A DNA stretch of 63,591 nt, the filler included, from Malassezia furfur (Eukaryota): NCBI GenBank assembly GCA_052055015.1. It is 3 parts of 3 records of this genome, joined end to end, with 100 filler letters (N's around TTAATTAATTAA, not from the genome) between each part and the next. Parts side by side here need not be neighbours in the genome. Positions count along the whole stretch, not along the records: positions 21,423 to 42,509 come from JBQJIT010000169.1; positions 42,610 to 63,591 come from JBQJIT010000170.1; 1 more part is not named here. The stretch is one strand, 5' to 3'. Under the pieces are notes generated by a model that searched no databases, was not told where the DNA came from, and saw only the letters and a list, made by a program, of their open reading frames with translations. The translations under genes and the position numbers were made by a program. Numbering within the stretch: position 1 is the stretch's first letter; each line of letters begins with the position of its first letter. Below are positions 33,732 to 45,165 of this stretch, piece after piece.

Positions 33732-35681
33732 TTACCATCCGAAGGTTTCGCTTTCCAGTGCAATCTCGCAGAGCGAGCCCATGCGACCGCGTAGAATGTC
33801 GTAATTCGCCTTGGCAACTGCGTTGCTGACATCACGACCCAGTGATTCTGGACCACAGGTATAGACGCAGGAGCTGGTCAGGTTGGCGTTCTTGGCAGCC
33901 GCAAACTCGTCTGCCAGAATCTGCTTGGCATCGGGGCGGCTGCCGTGCACCACCGTGACATCATGACCAAGGAAGTCGGAGTGAACCTCCGCCTCATTAG
34001 ATGCATAAATTGTAATGTCAAACTTAAGATCGAGGGTCGAGCGGATCGCAAGGATTTCATCAAGCGCCGGTTTCATCCAGCCGATCATCACCCTCGACCG
34101 ACTGGTCCAAACAAGACGAGTGCTCTTGACCAAAATTTGACTCGGGTTACGAGCCATCCGGCGCATGAGGTCCAGCAGCACGGGGAAAACAAAGGTGGCA
34201 CCTGTACCACCTGCAATGAAAATGGGGTGCTCAAACATGGCCGGGTCCATCGAATATCCATAGGGACCATCAACCCAGGCAATCAGCTTGCTCGACTTGA
34301 AGTGCATGTTGGGGATTTCGCTGTCCACAGCCTTGATCGTCTCTTTCGCCTCCTGCTTTGCCTGAGCAGTAGCCTGAGCAGGCGTTTCGGCTTCAATAAT
34401 CTTAGCAGCTTCCGCTTCCGCTTCTTGGGTATCAGAAGACGACGTGGTCGCAGACTTCATCTCCTTGCTCTCCATCTCCTGGTCCTTTTCGTTCTCCAGA
34501 GAGTTGAAAATCGTGCGAGTGATACCGTTGTGCACACGAACAATCAAAACAAGTTCCGAGTTGGAGAATCGAGCTTCGTTCGGCAGAGACATAATGGTGA
34601 ACGGATGCGCCTGGATGGGATTGACACCAGGGAAACGCACGTAGACGTGTTGACCCGGTGCCCAGCGCAGAGGAGTCTGGAACGAAAGGCGGAAAGCCTC
34701 AACACCCGCCTCGCCCTGAGGAGACTTCTCGTCATGAGCTGCGTGGATCTCGGTCTGCACCTCCACGCGAGCCTTGGGCCCGGTGAAGAAGCGAGACGAA
34801 TAGACCACAAGCAAGGACCGCACAACGATGGAGAAAATCCAGAAAGCCATAGCACACCAAAGCCAAAGGTGAGCGTTGAACGTCTTGTGAACGTGAATGA
34901 AAAGCATGACAGTCACGACAATGATAGAGATAATGTGCTGAATGACGAAGAACTCGTAGGAGAGGTTCCTCAGCGCAGATGTGCTCGAAACACACATCCA
35001 AAAGATGAAGACGAGCGCACACGTTCCAGACCAGTAGCGGTCACCAGTGTTCCAGTACGCCTTCAGATTTTGGTAGCCAGCGTCGTCGAGCATCTGCTTG
35101 ATAAATGGCGTAGCATGAATGATACCAAACAGGAGGAAGAGCCTCGCAAAGTTTTGGTGGTACACCTGTAGGCGGGCATGAGAAATACCCGTCAGCATCG
35201 AGATAGGATTGATCTTCAACGCAGTGGACCAGATAAACGGAACCAGAGCAATTGCCAAACCTCCCGCACGCATAGCAAGCGGGGGCTTGCCCCACTCGAA
35301 GCTCTGGCGGTAGTATGGATGCAACGCAAGGCACCAAGTGAACGTAGCAATGGCAAAAGAAAAGCAAATGATAAATGCATGCATAGGGGGGAACACAAAA
35401 GGACCAATTGGCCTGATCCGAATGCAGGTGACGCTCCGAATGAGTGCCAGCGTGAAGGCCAATCCAGGGATCTTCATCATGGTCTTGCCAGTCATCGGCC
35501 GGTATTGACGAATGAGACGAAGTGCATGGTTAAGCACAGCGACACCGATAATGGCAGCAATGAGATAGGTCATCCGAAGCGGGAAAAGGTAGAGCTGCGA
35601 GTCAGGCTGATCATGAGGTCCTTGGGCTGCCTTGATCTGTTTCTTGGTCGGCGCGTCGGGTGAATTGGGACCGTGGATCAT
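33732..35681 (-). CDS. Ferric/cupric reductase (FRE family), tandem copy C, intronless and more diverged
   Basis: LKINPISMLTGISHARLQVYHQ, PGQHVYVRFPG, HPFT, DGPYG, AGGTG, CGP and ETFGW. Confidence 0.9.
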   Translation of the reverse strand: MIHGPNSPDAPTKKQIKAAQGPHDQPDSQLYLFPLRMTYLIAAIIGVAVLNHALRLIRQYRPMTGKTMMKIPGLAFTLALIRSVTCIRIRPIGPFVFPPMHAFIICFSFAIATFTWCLALHPYYRQSFEWGKPPLAMRAGGLAIALVPFIWSTALKINPISMLTGISHARLQVYHQNFARLFLLFGIIHATPFIKQMLDDAGYQNLKAYWNTGDRYWSGTCALVFIFWMCVSSTSALRNLSYEFFVIQHIISIIVVTVMLFIHVHKTFNAHLWLWCAMAFWIFSIVVRSLLVVYSSRFFTGPKARVEVQTEIHAAHDEKSPQGEAGVEAFRLSFQTPLRWAPGQHVYVRFPGVNPIQAHPFTIMSLPNEARFSNSELVLIVRVHNGITRTIFNSLENEKDQEMESKEMKSATTSSSDTQEAEAEAAKIIEAETPAQATAQAKQEAKETIKAVDSEIPNMHFKSSKLIAWVDGPYGYSMDPAMFEHPIFIAGGTGATFVFPVLLDLMRRMARNPSQILVKSTRLVWTSRSRVMIGWMKPALDEILAIRSTLDLKFDITIYASNEAEVHSDFLGHDVTVVHGSRPDAKQILADEFAAAKNANLTSSCVYTCGPESLGRDVSNAVAKANYDILRGRMGSLCEIALESETFGW

Positions 35682-36045
35682 CCTGCTGAAGCTCGACCGT
35701 GGTCACAAAAACGCGTAATGAAGTGCAGCACTTGTATATATAGATAAACTATGTTATCTGTCCCAGCACAACAGCTATTCTACCGGGAAGGGGTTTCTGC
35801 CAACAGTCCAGGAAGAAATGACATTTACAATCAGCATGATAGGTTTCAGTAGTTAGGGTGGCCTGCACAACAAAATTTTCTCTACAGGGAGCAACTCTAT
35901 TCGTCAGAATCTTAATTTGGCGCAGAAATGTTGCTAGGCATGCACCAGAAAAAACTTAAAACTAATCTGATCCGATCGATTAAAGCGTAAGGAGCTCATG
36001 ATTATCTGGTAGAATCATTACCCTAAATCCCTGTGCAAGGATTGG

Positions 36046-37424
36046 TCATTTCATACGAAGAACGTTGGATGACAATGCGTACTTCCGCCCCAATGCCGGG
36101 CCGTTAACTCGATTGCTTTCGTTGTAGTTTGTAAGCGTCATCCTGGAGCCTCGCTGCTGCGGCATCGTATTGTAGGGTGCAGCCGGCTGCAGACCAATAT
36201 ACGAAGCGAGACTGGCACGTCGACGGACAGAAGGCGCTGTAGTGGTCAACTCCATGACCTGGTTGTGAGTGCGGTCGGTCGGTATGCATAAGAACAGCCG
36301 TGGTTCTTGTTCCTGAACAGGAGAGCGCACGCCATGCCGTACTCGCTTCTCGATTCTGCGCTCGTGCTGGACTTCGGCCGTGAATTTACCTTGCCATGCG
36401 TAGTAGAGCGTAGAAAGCAGCAAACCTGACCGTTAAAAAAGGGCACATACCGAGTGTGAACACGCTAAACAGAAAGCCGACTGTTACGCAGACAGGCGTT
36501 TTCAGCGAGGGGCTCTCCGCGGCATCACTAGGGACGCTGTCGTGCCCGTTATCCTGCCGTGCAGTGCGGTGAGCTGTGTTAGCCAGGCGGCGATGCGTAC
36601 CCAAGAGCAGGGCAACCACGTAGCGAGGCACTGGGCCTAGACACCAGCTCCACCAGCGGTCCAGGAGGCCATGCGCGATGATGGGATCGGTCCTTGCGAC
36701 GGTCCACAGACGTTGGGTATGTGACCATGCCGTAGGAAACAAGGGCCACTCAGCATAGGTGATGAGGACAGGAACCAAGAGCAGGAACAACAGGAAAGGA
36801 CCTATAGAGTCCGGGACGGTCAAGCAATTGTTAAACTGGGTTAAAAAATCACGTACCCATACGCAATGATGATCCAGCAGGAGCCGGCATTGCCCACACG
36901 CGCCGCAATGGTGCATTCGTGGTGTTCTCCAATGCCCTTTGCAGCGGTCTCGCCAGCACTGTACAGGCTTGCCCGATTCGTCGGCTAGGAAAACAAACGG
37001 CTCTTTTGCATCGGCACCGGACCATTCGGGAGGCGGCGTGGGCAGAATGAGAGTTGCCGGGCTGCAGGCATGGCGGAGCATCGACACCCAGCCCTGGGAC
37101 CGTTGGGCGTAGCGCGAGAGGTACGCAGCGGGGTCGACGACGACGGAGCGCGCGCAATAGATTCGAAAGTAGAGGATGCACACCTCGGTGAGCAAAACAT
37201 GAGTCACAACCGCGTACACCACCGAGGCGCCGTCAGGAAAAGTGGCTCGCGCGCGGTAAGGAGCCCAGATACGTCCCCCTGCATTAGCGGAACACGTACA
37301 TAGATGCTCGTAGATCGTGACATAATAGGCGAATCTTGGGTAAGTTGATCGCCACGTACACTATGTAGGCGGCAATCGCGACCGGTGCCGACGCGCGCAT
37401 CCAGCGACGCGACGCATGGCGCAT
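36046..37424 (-). CDS. DHHC palmitoyltransferase
   Basis: CWRDRC..RTPRMHHCGACGQCRLLLDHHCVW|FNNC. Introns at 37335-37359, 37279-37299, 36836-36856 and 36426-36450 give a continuous TM-containing frame. Exact termini are less certain. Confidence 0.82.
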
Positions 37425-37441
37425 GGGCCGGATTCCTCCAC

Positions 37442-39696
37442 CTACGAAGGATCTACGTCCCAGGCCACGCGCAGCTGCAGAATTGCAGCGAGCTCCACAA
37501 GAAATTCGTCCAGGAGCAAAATGTTGTCCAGCACGTGCAGCAAAGGGCGCCGGCACGGCACGACGACCGAGGGTGGTAGGCCCGGCACCACGCACGGTCC
37601 AACGTACATGAGGAGGTGCTCGGCACCGCTCCGGGCAGGCTCGAGGCGTGCGCGAGAGGCAGGCGGCAGCGAAGGCGTGTCGAGCTCCATCTGCAGGTCG
37701 TAGTCAGCCGCTGGCAAGGGAGATTGTGTGTCGAGGGTATCTTGGAGTGCTGTGAGCGCATTTTGGTCCGCGTGCGCCTCGGCGAGCAGGCCGTGGGTAT
37801 CGCTGGCGGCGGCGGAGGATTTGGATAGGTGCCATTGCTGGTTCCGTCGCTGCGCGAGGTAGAAGCCAAAGTCCGGCACACGCTCGGTGCGAAGACGCAC
37901 CTGCTGCGTGAGGCGCACGAGCACGCTCAGGAGCAGCGGTGGCGCCTCAGTGCTGCTCGAGTACAGCACGCCGTCCAGTGAGACGTACGGCGAACGGCAC
38001 AGTGACGCCAGAGCCCTGGTCACCTCGACGTTGAGTGCGAGCGGCAGGACAAAGAGGGAGCATAGTTGCGTCAGCAGGGGTATCAAGAAGTGCTCATGCG
38101 GATCCATGGGCTGCTGGAGGATCGCATGGCACAGCTCGACGCCGTCGGCCGTCGGTACGATGCGGTCGGCAAAGCGGTAGTCGGGGTCCATGCGCATACA
38201 CCGCTCCGTCTCGGCGAGGTGCACGGCCAGTCGATCGCTCAGGGCCGCCGGCGCGCGGGGCGCATGCAGGGTATGAATGAGTGCGGCGAGCACCGGCGTG
38301 GCCGATGGCGGTGTGGGCCGCTGTGCTTCGGCGCCGCGCGTCACGTCCTGAAGCTGGAGGCGCCGCACGTACAGCGCTGCGAGGCGTAGCGCCAGGATGC
38401 GTGCCGCAAGCGGCGCCTCGTCTGCGGCGATGCACTCGGCCACGACGTCGCTGAGAGGCCGCTCGCCCTGCGCGGCGCACGCAACCTGCGACAGAGGCCC
38501 GCGCGGATCGAGCATAGTAAAGAGCAGCGCACTATACAGAAGCACGGCGGGCCCACTGCCCTCGCTCAGGCTGCATCCCGCCACGGACGGGTGCACGACG
38601 CTCTCGAGGAACGTGGATCGGAAGTGTTCGAGGATGTCGGCGCGCAGCTGCTCGAGCTGGTCGATGCACGACGCCTCGGCGCGGGTGTGGCTCGCACAGA
38701 CGTGCATGGACACTTGCGTGAGCCACACGAGGTCCAAGAAGGTACACAGCTCCGGCACGAACGCCACGTCCGCCCACGCCTCGACGACGCTGCGCCACTG
38801 CTGTGCGCGTTCGGCGTCACCAAGGGGCTGTGCAGCGTCCGGCGGAGCGTCGAGGCGCATCGGCAGCAGGCCGTACGTCGCGGCGGTCGCGGTGCTGAGC
38901 GACTCGGCGAGGCGGCTGTGGACCACGAGCGCAAGCAGCGCAGCATCCGCGTCCAGCAGGGCCTGGAGAAATGCGAGCGTCGCGGTGCGGACGCGAAAAC
39001 CGCGTGCGCCGGGGTGGTGTAGGTGCTGCAGGAGGTAGGAAAACACGGGGAACGCGTCGTGCGGCTGTGCCGCCGTATGCACGGTGCCGAGCTCAACGAG
39101 CAAGCGCAGCATGCCTGGCTGCGTGCCGAGGTGCGCGGCGATCTCGCACAACAGGTCGAGCAGCGCGTCGGTGGTGTCGTCTCCTTCGGCCGTAAGGTCG
39201 GTGCGGATGCCGTGGTGCAGGAGCTGCGCCAGCACGCGGAGCACGCCCTGGTGCGTAAGAAATGCGGGGCGCATGCCTGCGACGAGCTTGGTGAACATGG
39301 CAACCATGGCGCGCTTTACGCCGCGCGGCTCGTCGGCGAGGCACAGGCCAAGAAGCCCTTCGAAGACTGCGTCAGGCGTTATGCGTACCGTCCTGCTCGA
39401 CCACAAACTCCATGCATGCGCCGAGCGTCGCATCCGTCGACAGCCGGTCCTCGGTGAGCAGCACATGCACGAGCTGGTCCATGCACGCGGGGATCCCCGT
39501 GTGGTCGACGCCGCCCTGCATCGCGCGGCGGTCGGGCGACGCGAGAAACGACTGGGTGAGCGGTGCAACCTACGCGAATCGTGTCCCACTGCTCGCGCGC
39601 AGATGCGAGCAGCCCCGCATCGCGCGCCGCCGCGGCGTCGGACGCGCTCGGCGCCGGTGCGGCGCGTGCGCTCAGCAGGCTGCCCCAGTAGCTCAT
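37442..39696 (-). CDS. FHIP/FAM160 (RAI16-like) family protein
   Basis: GACMEF, DEPRGV, FPVFSYLL, NVEVT..LASL..PYVSLDG and LDNILLLDEFLVELAAILQLR. Two 22-nt introns at 39552-39573 and 39367-39388. Confidence 0.8.
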
Positions 39697-39722
39697 CGTG
39701 TGGAGGCGTGCGCGACTACGGC

Positions 39723-41414
39723 CTACGAGCGGAATTTGCGGAGCGGGTCGTTTTTCTTCTTGGCGCCCGCGGCGCGCCCCGCGGGCTTGCCGTGCGGCTT
39801 GCCCGCCTTGGCGCGGCCCTTGGCGTGCTTGTGCTTCGGCACGTAGCCCACGGGCCGAGCGTCCTGCGCCGTGCCGGGGATCGCTGCGATGCGGGGGCGC
39901 AGGTACGCCGGGATGTGCCGCATGTGCTGCTGCACACGCGCGGGGTGCACCGCGCGGTCGTGGCGCAGGTACTCGAGGTCCTTGGGGTTCTCCTCGAAGT
40001 GCGCCTTGAGCGCCTTGCTGTTGAGGATCTCGTTCTTGATTTCCTGGATCCGCGCCTCCTTGATCGCGACCTTGGTGACGCTGCGCAGTGCGTCCTGCAT
40101 GCGGTAGCGGAACGCGTCGACCTGCTTTTGGTCGTAGCGCCAGACGGGGATCCCCTCGGGGCCCACAAGGCCCGCCTTTTGCTGGCTGCGCACAATCTTG
40201 GCCCAGACGGCCTCGTCGTCGCGGCACGTCGGGCAGCTGATCGCCTTCTTCTTGCCGAACTCGTCCGCGGGCACGACGAAGCTCAGCGCCGTGCCGGTGT
40301 TGCCCGCGCGGGCCGTGCGCCCGACGCGGTGGGTATATGCGCTGGTCGACGTCGGCAGGTCAAAGTTGATGACACACGCCACAGCGACAAAGTCGATGCC
40401 GCGCGAGACGCCGTACTCGGTCGTCTTGCCCGTGGTCGCGTTGGCGTCGGTCGCGATGATGTAGTCGTACTTGCCCTTGTTGAACTCCTCGACGATGTGG
40501 AAGCGGCTGTTCACCGGCAGCTCCTCGTTCAAGACGCACGTGCGCAGCCCAAACTGCTCGAGGAAGAGCTTCAGGCGGAAGCACCGGTCGATGTCGTTCA
40601 CGAACAAGAGGCACTTGCCACGGATCAGGCGCAGCTTGAGGATCACATAGGTGAGCAGGAACTTGTCCTCCTCGGACGTGTACACGTGGTACTGCAGCAG
40701 CTGCTGCGCCAGCGACGTGTCGTTCTCCAGCTTCAGCACCACCGGCTCCTTGAGCACGAGGCCCTGCAGCGTCTCGATGTCGTCGCTCAGCGTCGCGCTC
40801 ATCAAAAAGGTCTGGTACTTGCGGGGGAGGTAGCCGTCGCGCAGGATCGCCTTGACCTCCTCGTCGTGCCCGTAGGAAAAGATGAGGTCCGCCTCGTCGA
40901 TCACCAGCGTCTCGAGCGTCGACGAAAGCACAAGGTCGCCCGACTTAAGGCTCGCGAGCGCACGCGAGGGCGTCGCGATCACCAAGTCAGGCTTCTCGGA
41001 GAGCAGCAGCTTCTGCACCGCATTGCTCACGGAGCGCGCGAGGTTCGCGACTTGCACCTCGTCGTGGCAGTACGTCAGGACGTCGCGCAGCTGGCGGTGC
41101 GCCTGCTCGGCGAGCTCACGCGTCGGCACGAGCACCAGCGCACGCGTCCCGGCGTAGTTCTCCGACGCCTTGCTTGTCGCGCGCTTCGCCGCCAGAATCT
41201 TCTGCAGGAGCGGCAGCGCATACGCCAGCGTCTTGCCGCTGCCGGTGCGGGCGCGCGCAAGGATATCGCGTGCGTGGCCGCCAAGAGCATGCTCGATCGA
41301 CTCACGCTGCACGGGCGTGGGGGTGCCGTAGCCCAACTTGGCGAGCGCGCGCAGCAGGCGCGCGTCCAGCAGGTGCGCAAACGCCTCGAATCCCTCCGCG
41401 GCGGCCGGCGGCAT
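39723..41414 (-). CDS. DBP9: DEAD-box RNA helicase Dbp9/DDX56
   Basis: PTPVQ, ARTGSGKT, PTREL, DEADLIFSYG, SAT, EYGVSRGIDF, HRVGRTAR, FRYRMQDALR and HFEENPKDL. Confidence 0.94.
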   Translation of the reverse strand: MPPAAAEGFEAFAHLLDARLLRALAKLGYGTPTPVQRESIEHALGGHARDILARARTGSGKTLAYALPLLQKILAAKRATSKASENYAGTRALVLVPTRELAEQAHRQLRDVLTYCHDEVQVANLARSVSNAVQKLLLSEKPDLVIATPSRALASLKSGDLVLSSTLETLVIDEADLIFSYGHDEEVKAILRDGYLPRKYQTFLMSATLSDDIETLQGLVLKEPVVLKLENDTSLAQQLLQYHVYTSEEDKFLLTYVILKLRLIRGKCLLFVNDIDRCFRLKLFLEQFGLRTCVLNEELPVNSRFHIVEEFNKGKYDYIIATDANATTGKTTEYGVSRGIDFVAVACVINFDLPTSTSAYTHRVGRTARAGNTGTALSFVVPADEFGKKKAISCPTCRDDEAVWAKIVRSQQKAGLVGPEGIPVWRYDQKQVDAFRYRMQDALRSVTKVAIKEARIQEIKNEILNSKALKAHFEENPKDLEYLRHDRAVHPARVQQHMRHIPAYLRPRIAAIPGTAQDARPVGYVPKHKHAKGRAKAGKPHGKPAGRAAGAKKKNDPLRKFRS

Positions 41415-41521
41415 GGTCGACAGGGCGGATTGGGTGGAGGTGCGTGCAAAAAAAAAAAAAAGCGGCGTATTTTGTCGGCCTGGCCGTGCGCGGGGTGGAG
41501 CGAGTCTTCGTACCCCACACC

Positions 41522-42509
41522 ATGGCCTCGGCCCCGCTCGCTGCGTTCCTGCGCACCCGCAAGGGGCTCGCTGCACGCGGCGCAACACACTGGGTGCTCG
41601 GCAACGAGGCCGGCGACCTCGATAGCCTCGCATGTGCGATCGGCTTTGCGTTCCTGTCGCAGTACGCCGAGCCGAGCGGCCCCCAGTGGGTGCCGGTGGT
41701 GCAGACGCCGCGCGCGGACCTCGTGCTGCGCCCCGAGAACCTGGCGATGCTGCACAAGTGCCGCGTCGACCCGGAGGCACTCGTGTGTGTGGACGAGGTG
41801 CCGGCGCTCGGTGCCGACGCCGTGCTGGCCCTCGTCGACCACAACCGCGTGAGCGATGCGTTCCGCGCGGCGCAGGTCGCGGCGATCATCGACCACCATG
41901 TGGACGAGGGCGTGCACACGAGCGCTGCTGCGCGCGTCGTGGTGCCGCCGGAGCGTGCCGGCTCGTGCGCGAGTGTGCTGACGACGTACTTTGCGCCGCG
42001 GCTGCCGCCCGTGCCGCCGCTCCCCCCCGCGATGGCCGATCTGCTGTTGAGCGCCATACTGATCGACACGTACAACTTTTCGCGCGACGCGGGCAAGGCG
42101 CAGGCCGCCGACGAGGCGGCGCGCACGTTCCTCGCGCGGCAGTCGTCCTACGCCACGGCCGAGGCGCAGGCCGCGCTGTTTGACGAGCTGGTGCGCGCCA
42201 AGTCGGACGTGTCGGGCCTGAGCGTCCCCCAGAAGCTCCGGCGCGACTACAAGCTGCTCGAGTGCGACGCGCGCGGCGGCGGCGTGTGGCGCGTCGGCAC
42301 GTCGAGCACCGTCGAGCCGCTCGCGGCGCTCGTGCGCGACGGCAGCGACGCGCTCTTCGACGCGCTGCGCACCTTTGCGACGGAGCGCACGCTCGACGTC
42401 GTCGTGGTGCTGGCCGGCTTCCAGGACGACGCGGGGCGCACGCACCGCGAGCTGCTCGTGTACGCGCCGGACGCGCGCTCGCCGTTCGGCGCCGCGCTCG
42501 CGGCGCCCC
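41522..42509 (+). CDS. PPX1: Exopolyphosphatase Ppx1/PRUNE (DHH family), 3' end lost in gap
   Basis: GNEAGDLDS, LVDHN, IIDHH, GSCAS, ILIDT and LRRDYK. Confidence 0.9.
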
Positions 42510-42609
42510 NNNNNNNNNNNNNNNNNNNNNNNNNNNNNNNNNNNNNNNNNNNNTTAATTAATTAANNNNNNNNNNNNNNNNNNNNNNNNNNNNNNNNNNN
42601 NNNNNNNNN
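42510..42609. other. Scaffold gap (100 nt) with artificial TTAATTAATTAA linker
   Basis: Same structure as the gap at 21323-21422; linker at 42554-42565. Confidence 0.95.
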
Positions 42610-42611
42610 GA

Positions 42612-42839
42612 GAAGATCACAAGAATAAGACGCATTATGCTTTTGGATTGGGAAGGCGTAATTGCCCGGGGCAGTTTGTTGCGCAGAAGCAGCTGTCATT
42701 GCTAGTGGCAGCGATTGTCCACCACTATGAATTGTCGGAAGATGAACCGAGCCAACCGCTGGATCCATTGACGAATGTGACGGATCCTTGGGCGTTGGCA
42801 AGTACGCCAAGGCGAGTAAAGGTGCGTTTTGAAGAGTAA
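42612..42839 (+). CDS. Cytochrome P450, C-terminal fragment (rest lies in or before the gap)
   Basis: EDHKNKTHYAFGLGRRNCPGQFVAQKQL contains the FxxGxRxCxG heme motif; stop at 42837-42839. Confidence 0.85.
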   Translation, partial: EDHKNKTHYAFGLGRRNCPGQFVAQKQLSLLVAAIVHHYELSEDEPSQPLDPLTNVTDPWALASTPRRVKVRFEE

Positions 42840-43350
42840 TTGACCTTAAGATTCACATGGTCCCTAGGGTTTGATGATGAAATGAAATACTACGTAGAAT
42901 GATTTGTATATGGGCTTTACCACTCAACGTTTTCTTGTCAAGTCTAGTGCATTGTATGATTCATGCGTACCCCGAACCCCTCGAGCCACCAATAGGGGTC
43001 CAATGCAATGCATCTCTCCTGAGCGAGGTACTGTTCCCCCTTTCGAGTGCATGCCAAGAAGCGATTTTGTTATCCAAAGCTGCTCTCTGTGACTTCCACA
43101 AACACGGATTAACTCGGGTTCGGTCTACCTTCCAATCGCACAGGTGATGTTCCTTTTTTTACCCTGCCCGTGCGCACACGTCCCTTGTCTTAATTTTTCT
43201 GACAAATGAGAGCGCTTCCTATGAATTATTAAAAACCGGGCAAGGCGATGCCAAGACGCACCGACCTGTGCACGATCATTGCGTAGCTATCTGAAGTGGA
43301 CAGCCACACAATGCAATAAATGAGGAGACTGCAGGGAATATAGACCACCC

Positions 43351-44974
43351 ATGAGCCACACAAAGCAGGATATAAAAACAGTCTCATCCGACGAAAAATG
43401 TACATACAGTCCACATGCCGAAGGTCTCTCTTCCGAGAGCTCGCACTGGTATTCCGACCTTGAAAACCAGAGTGAAAGCGAAATCGATGGCAAGTTCTAT
43501 ATCAGTCGCGAAAAGGACAACGCAGCATACCTGGTCACCTGGACGCATGAAAACCAGTGTGAGAATCCGAGGAACTGGTCAAGGCGATATCGAATGTTTC
43601 TGGTATTCTTGGTCTCATGTTACACGGTTTTGAGCCCCATATCAAGTACTTCCAATGTACCGGCCCTTGACATACTTTCGGAACAGTTTCAAGTAAAATC
43701 CTACGTTATTGGAAACATGATGATGTCTGCACCGATGCTTGCCTTTGTCATTGCTCCCACATTTTATGCTCCACTCAGTGAACAATTTGGGCGCAAACAT
43801 ATACTTATTTGGTCCAATTTTGTGTATGTTTTTACGTACTTACCAAAGCTTTCTCCTGTTTAATGTATTCTGCGGGCTTGCTCGGGATAAAACACAGATG
43901 ATTGTTTTGCGCTTTTTTTCAGGGATGGCTGGTGTGGCCCCGGTCGCCATTGGACCTGGAATTGTTGCAGACTTGTTTGAGCCCGAAGAGCGTGGGAGTG
44001 CTATGGCTATATACACTTTGTCCCCCATCTTGGGACCGTGTATTGGACCTATTTACGCGGGATGGATTATTCAAGCCTATGGAGAGGACAAATGGCCGTG
44101 GATCTTTTATGTTTCGACCATGTTTGGCGCTCTTGTGGCTGTACTGGGACTCATCTTTCTGCGAGAGACCTACATTCCTGTCATATTGGAAAGGGAGGCA
44201 AGTAAAGTGCGGAAAGAGAGGGGCGAAGATGAATGGCATACCGTGTTCACCAATAAAGAACCACTTCGAACTCGAATCATCCAAGGGCTTTTCCGACCTT
44301 TTATTTTCCTTGCAACACAGCCAGTTGTCCTTGTGACCTGCATATATCAAGGGCTAATGTTTGGATGCCAGTATCTTCTCCTGGCTTCTTTTTCACGACT
44401 CTTCAAGGACAACTATGGTCAGCCTCCTGGGTTGGCTGGTCTACACTATTTCTCAATGGTTATTGGTTTCCTAATCAGCGGCATTATTGGTGGCAAATGG
44501 GTCGACTGGAAGTACCGGCGCTTGAAGGAGCGCAATGGAGGTATTGGGAAACCTGAATTCAAACTTCCCTTTTTGGTTGTCACAGGGATCGCAATGCCTG
44601 TGGGTTTGCTCCTGTATGGATGGACCGCAGAGTATCATCTGCACTGGATGGCCCCAGACGCTGGAATTTTCATTCTCTCTTGGGGTCTATGTGCTACTAT
44701 GTTTATTTGCCCGTTATATCTTGCTGATGCAGTGACAATATATGCTGCTTCTGCATCCAGCGCTGGGATTATCACAAGAGGGCTATTCGCCTTTACGTTT
44801 CCTCTTTTTGCTCCGAACATGTATGAGGAGTTGGGCCAAGGCTGGGGAAACTCGCTCCTGGCCTTGGCTACACTACTTATTGGGATTCCAGCGCCCATTC
44901 TTCTATACCGGTTTGGTGAGACCTTAAGAAACCATTCGTCCTATTCTAAACATGCCATGTCTTTGATTTCGTAG
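43351..44974 (+). CDS. MFS DHA1 drug:H+ antiporter, copy 1
   Basis: ENPRNWS, PLSEQFGRK, LRFFSG, GPCIGPI, ETY, KPEFKL and LGQGWGNSLL. 25-nt intron at 43824-43848. Confidence 0.9.
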
Positions 44975-45165
44975 ATCCCCACATGTATATACACGTCGTG
45001 ACTTATGGACAATTTACATCAACCAATCAAGCAAGTCCATTGAACCTGATCGTTGTGCCTGGCAGCAAGTCTACTTACCCGGTTCGTCCCGAAATTGACG
45101 CATTGCCTCATTGATCTTACATTTGTCAGGGGCGGCGTAAGCTTCCTCCACTTGAACCCAATGTC

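Noticed and set aside
33348..36045. AT-richer intergenic segments as a possible centromere core
   Set aside because: They are short, only moderately AT-rich, and explained as promoters of the reductase genes.
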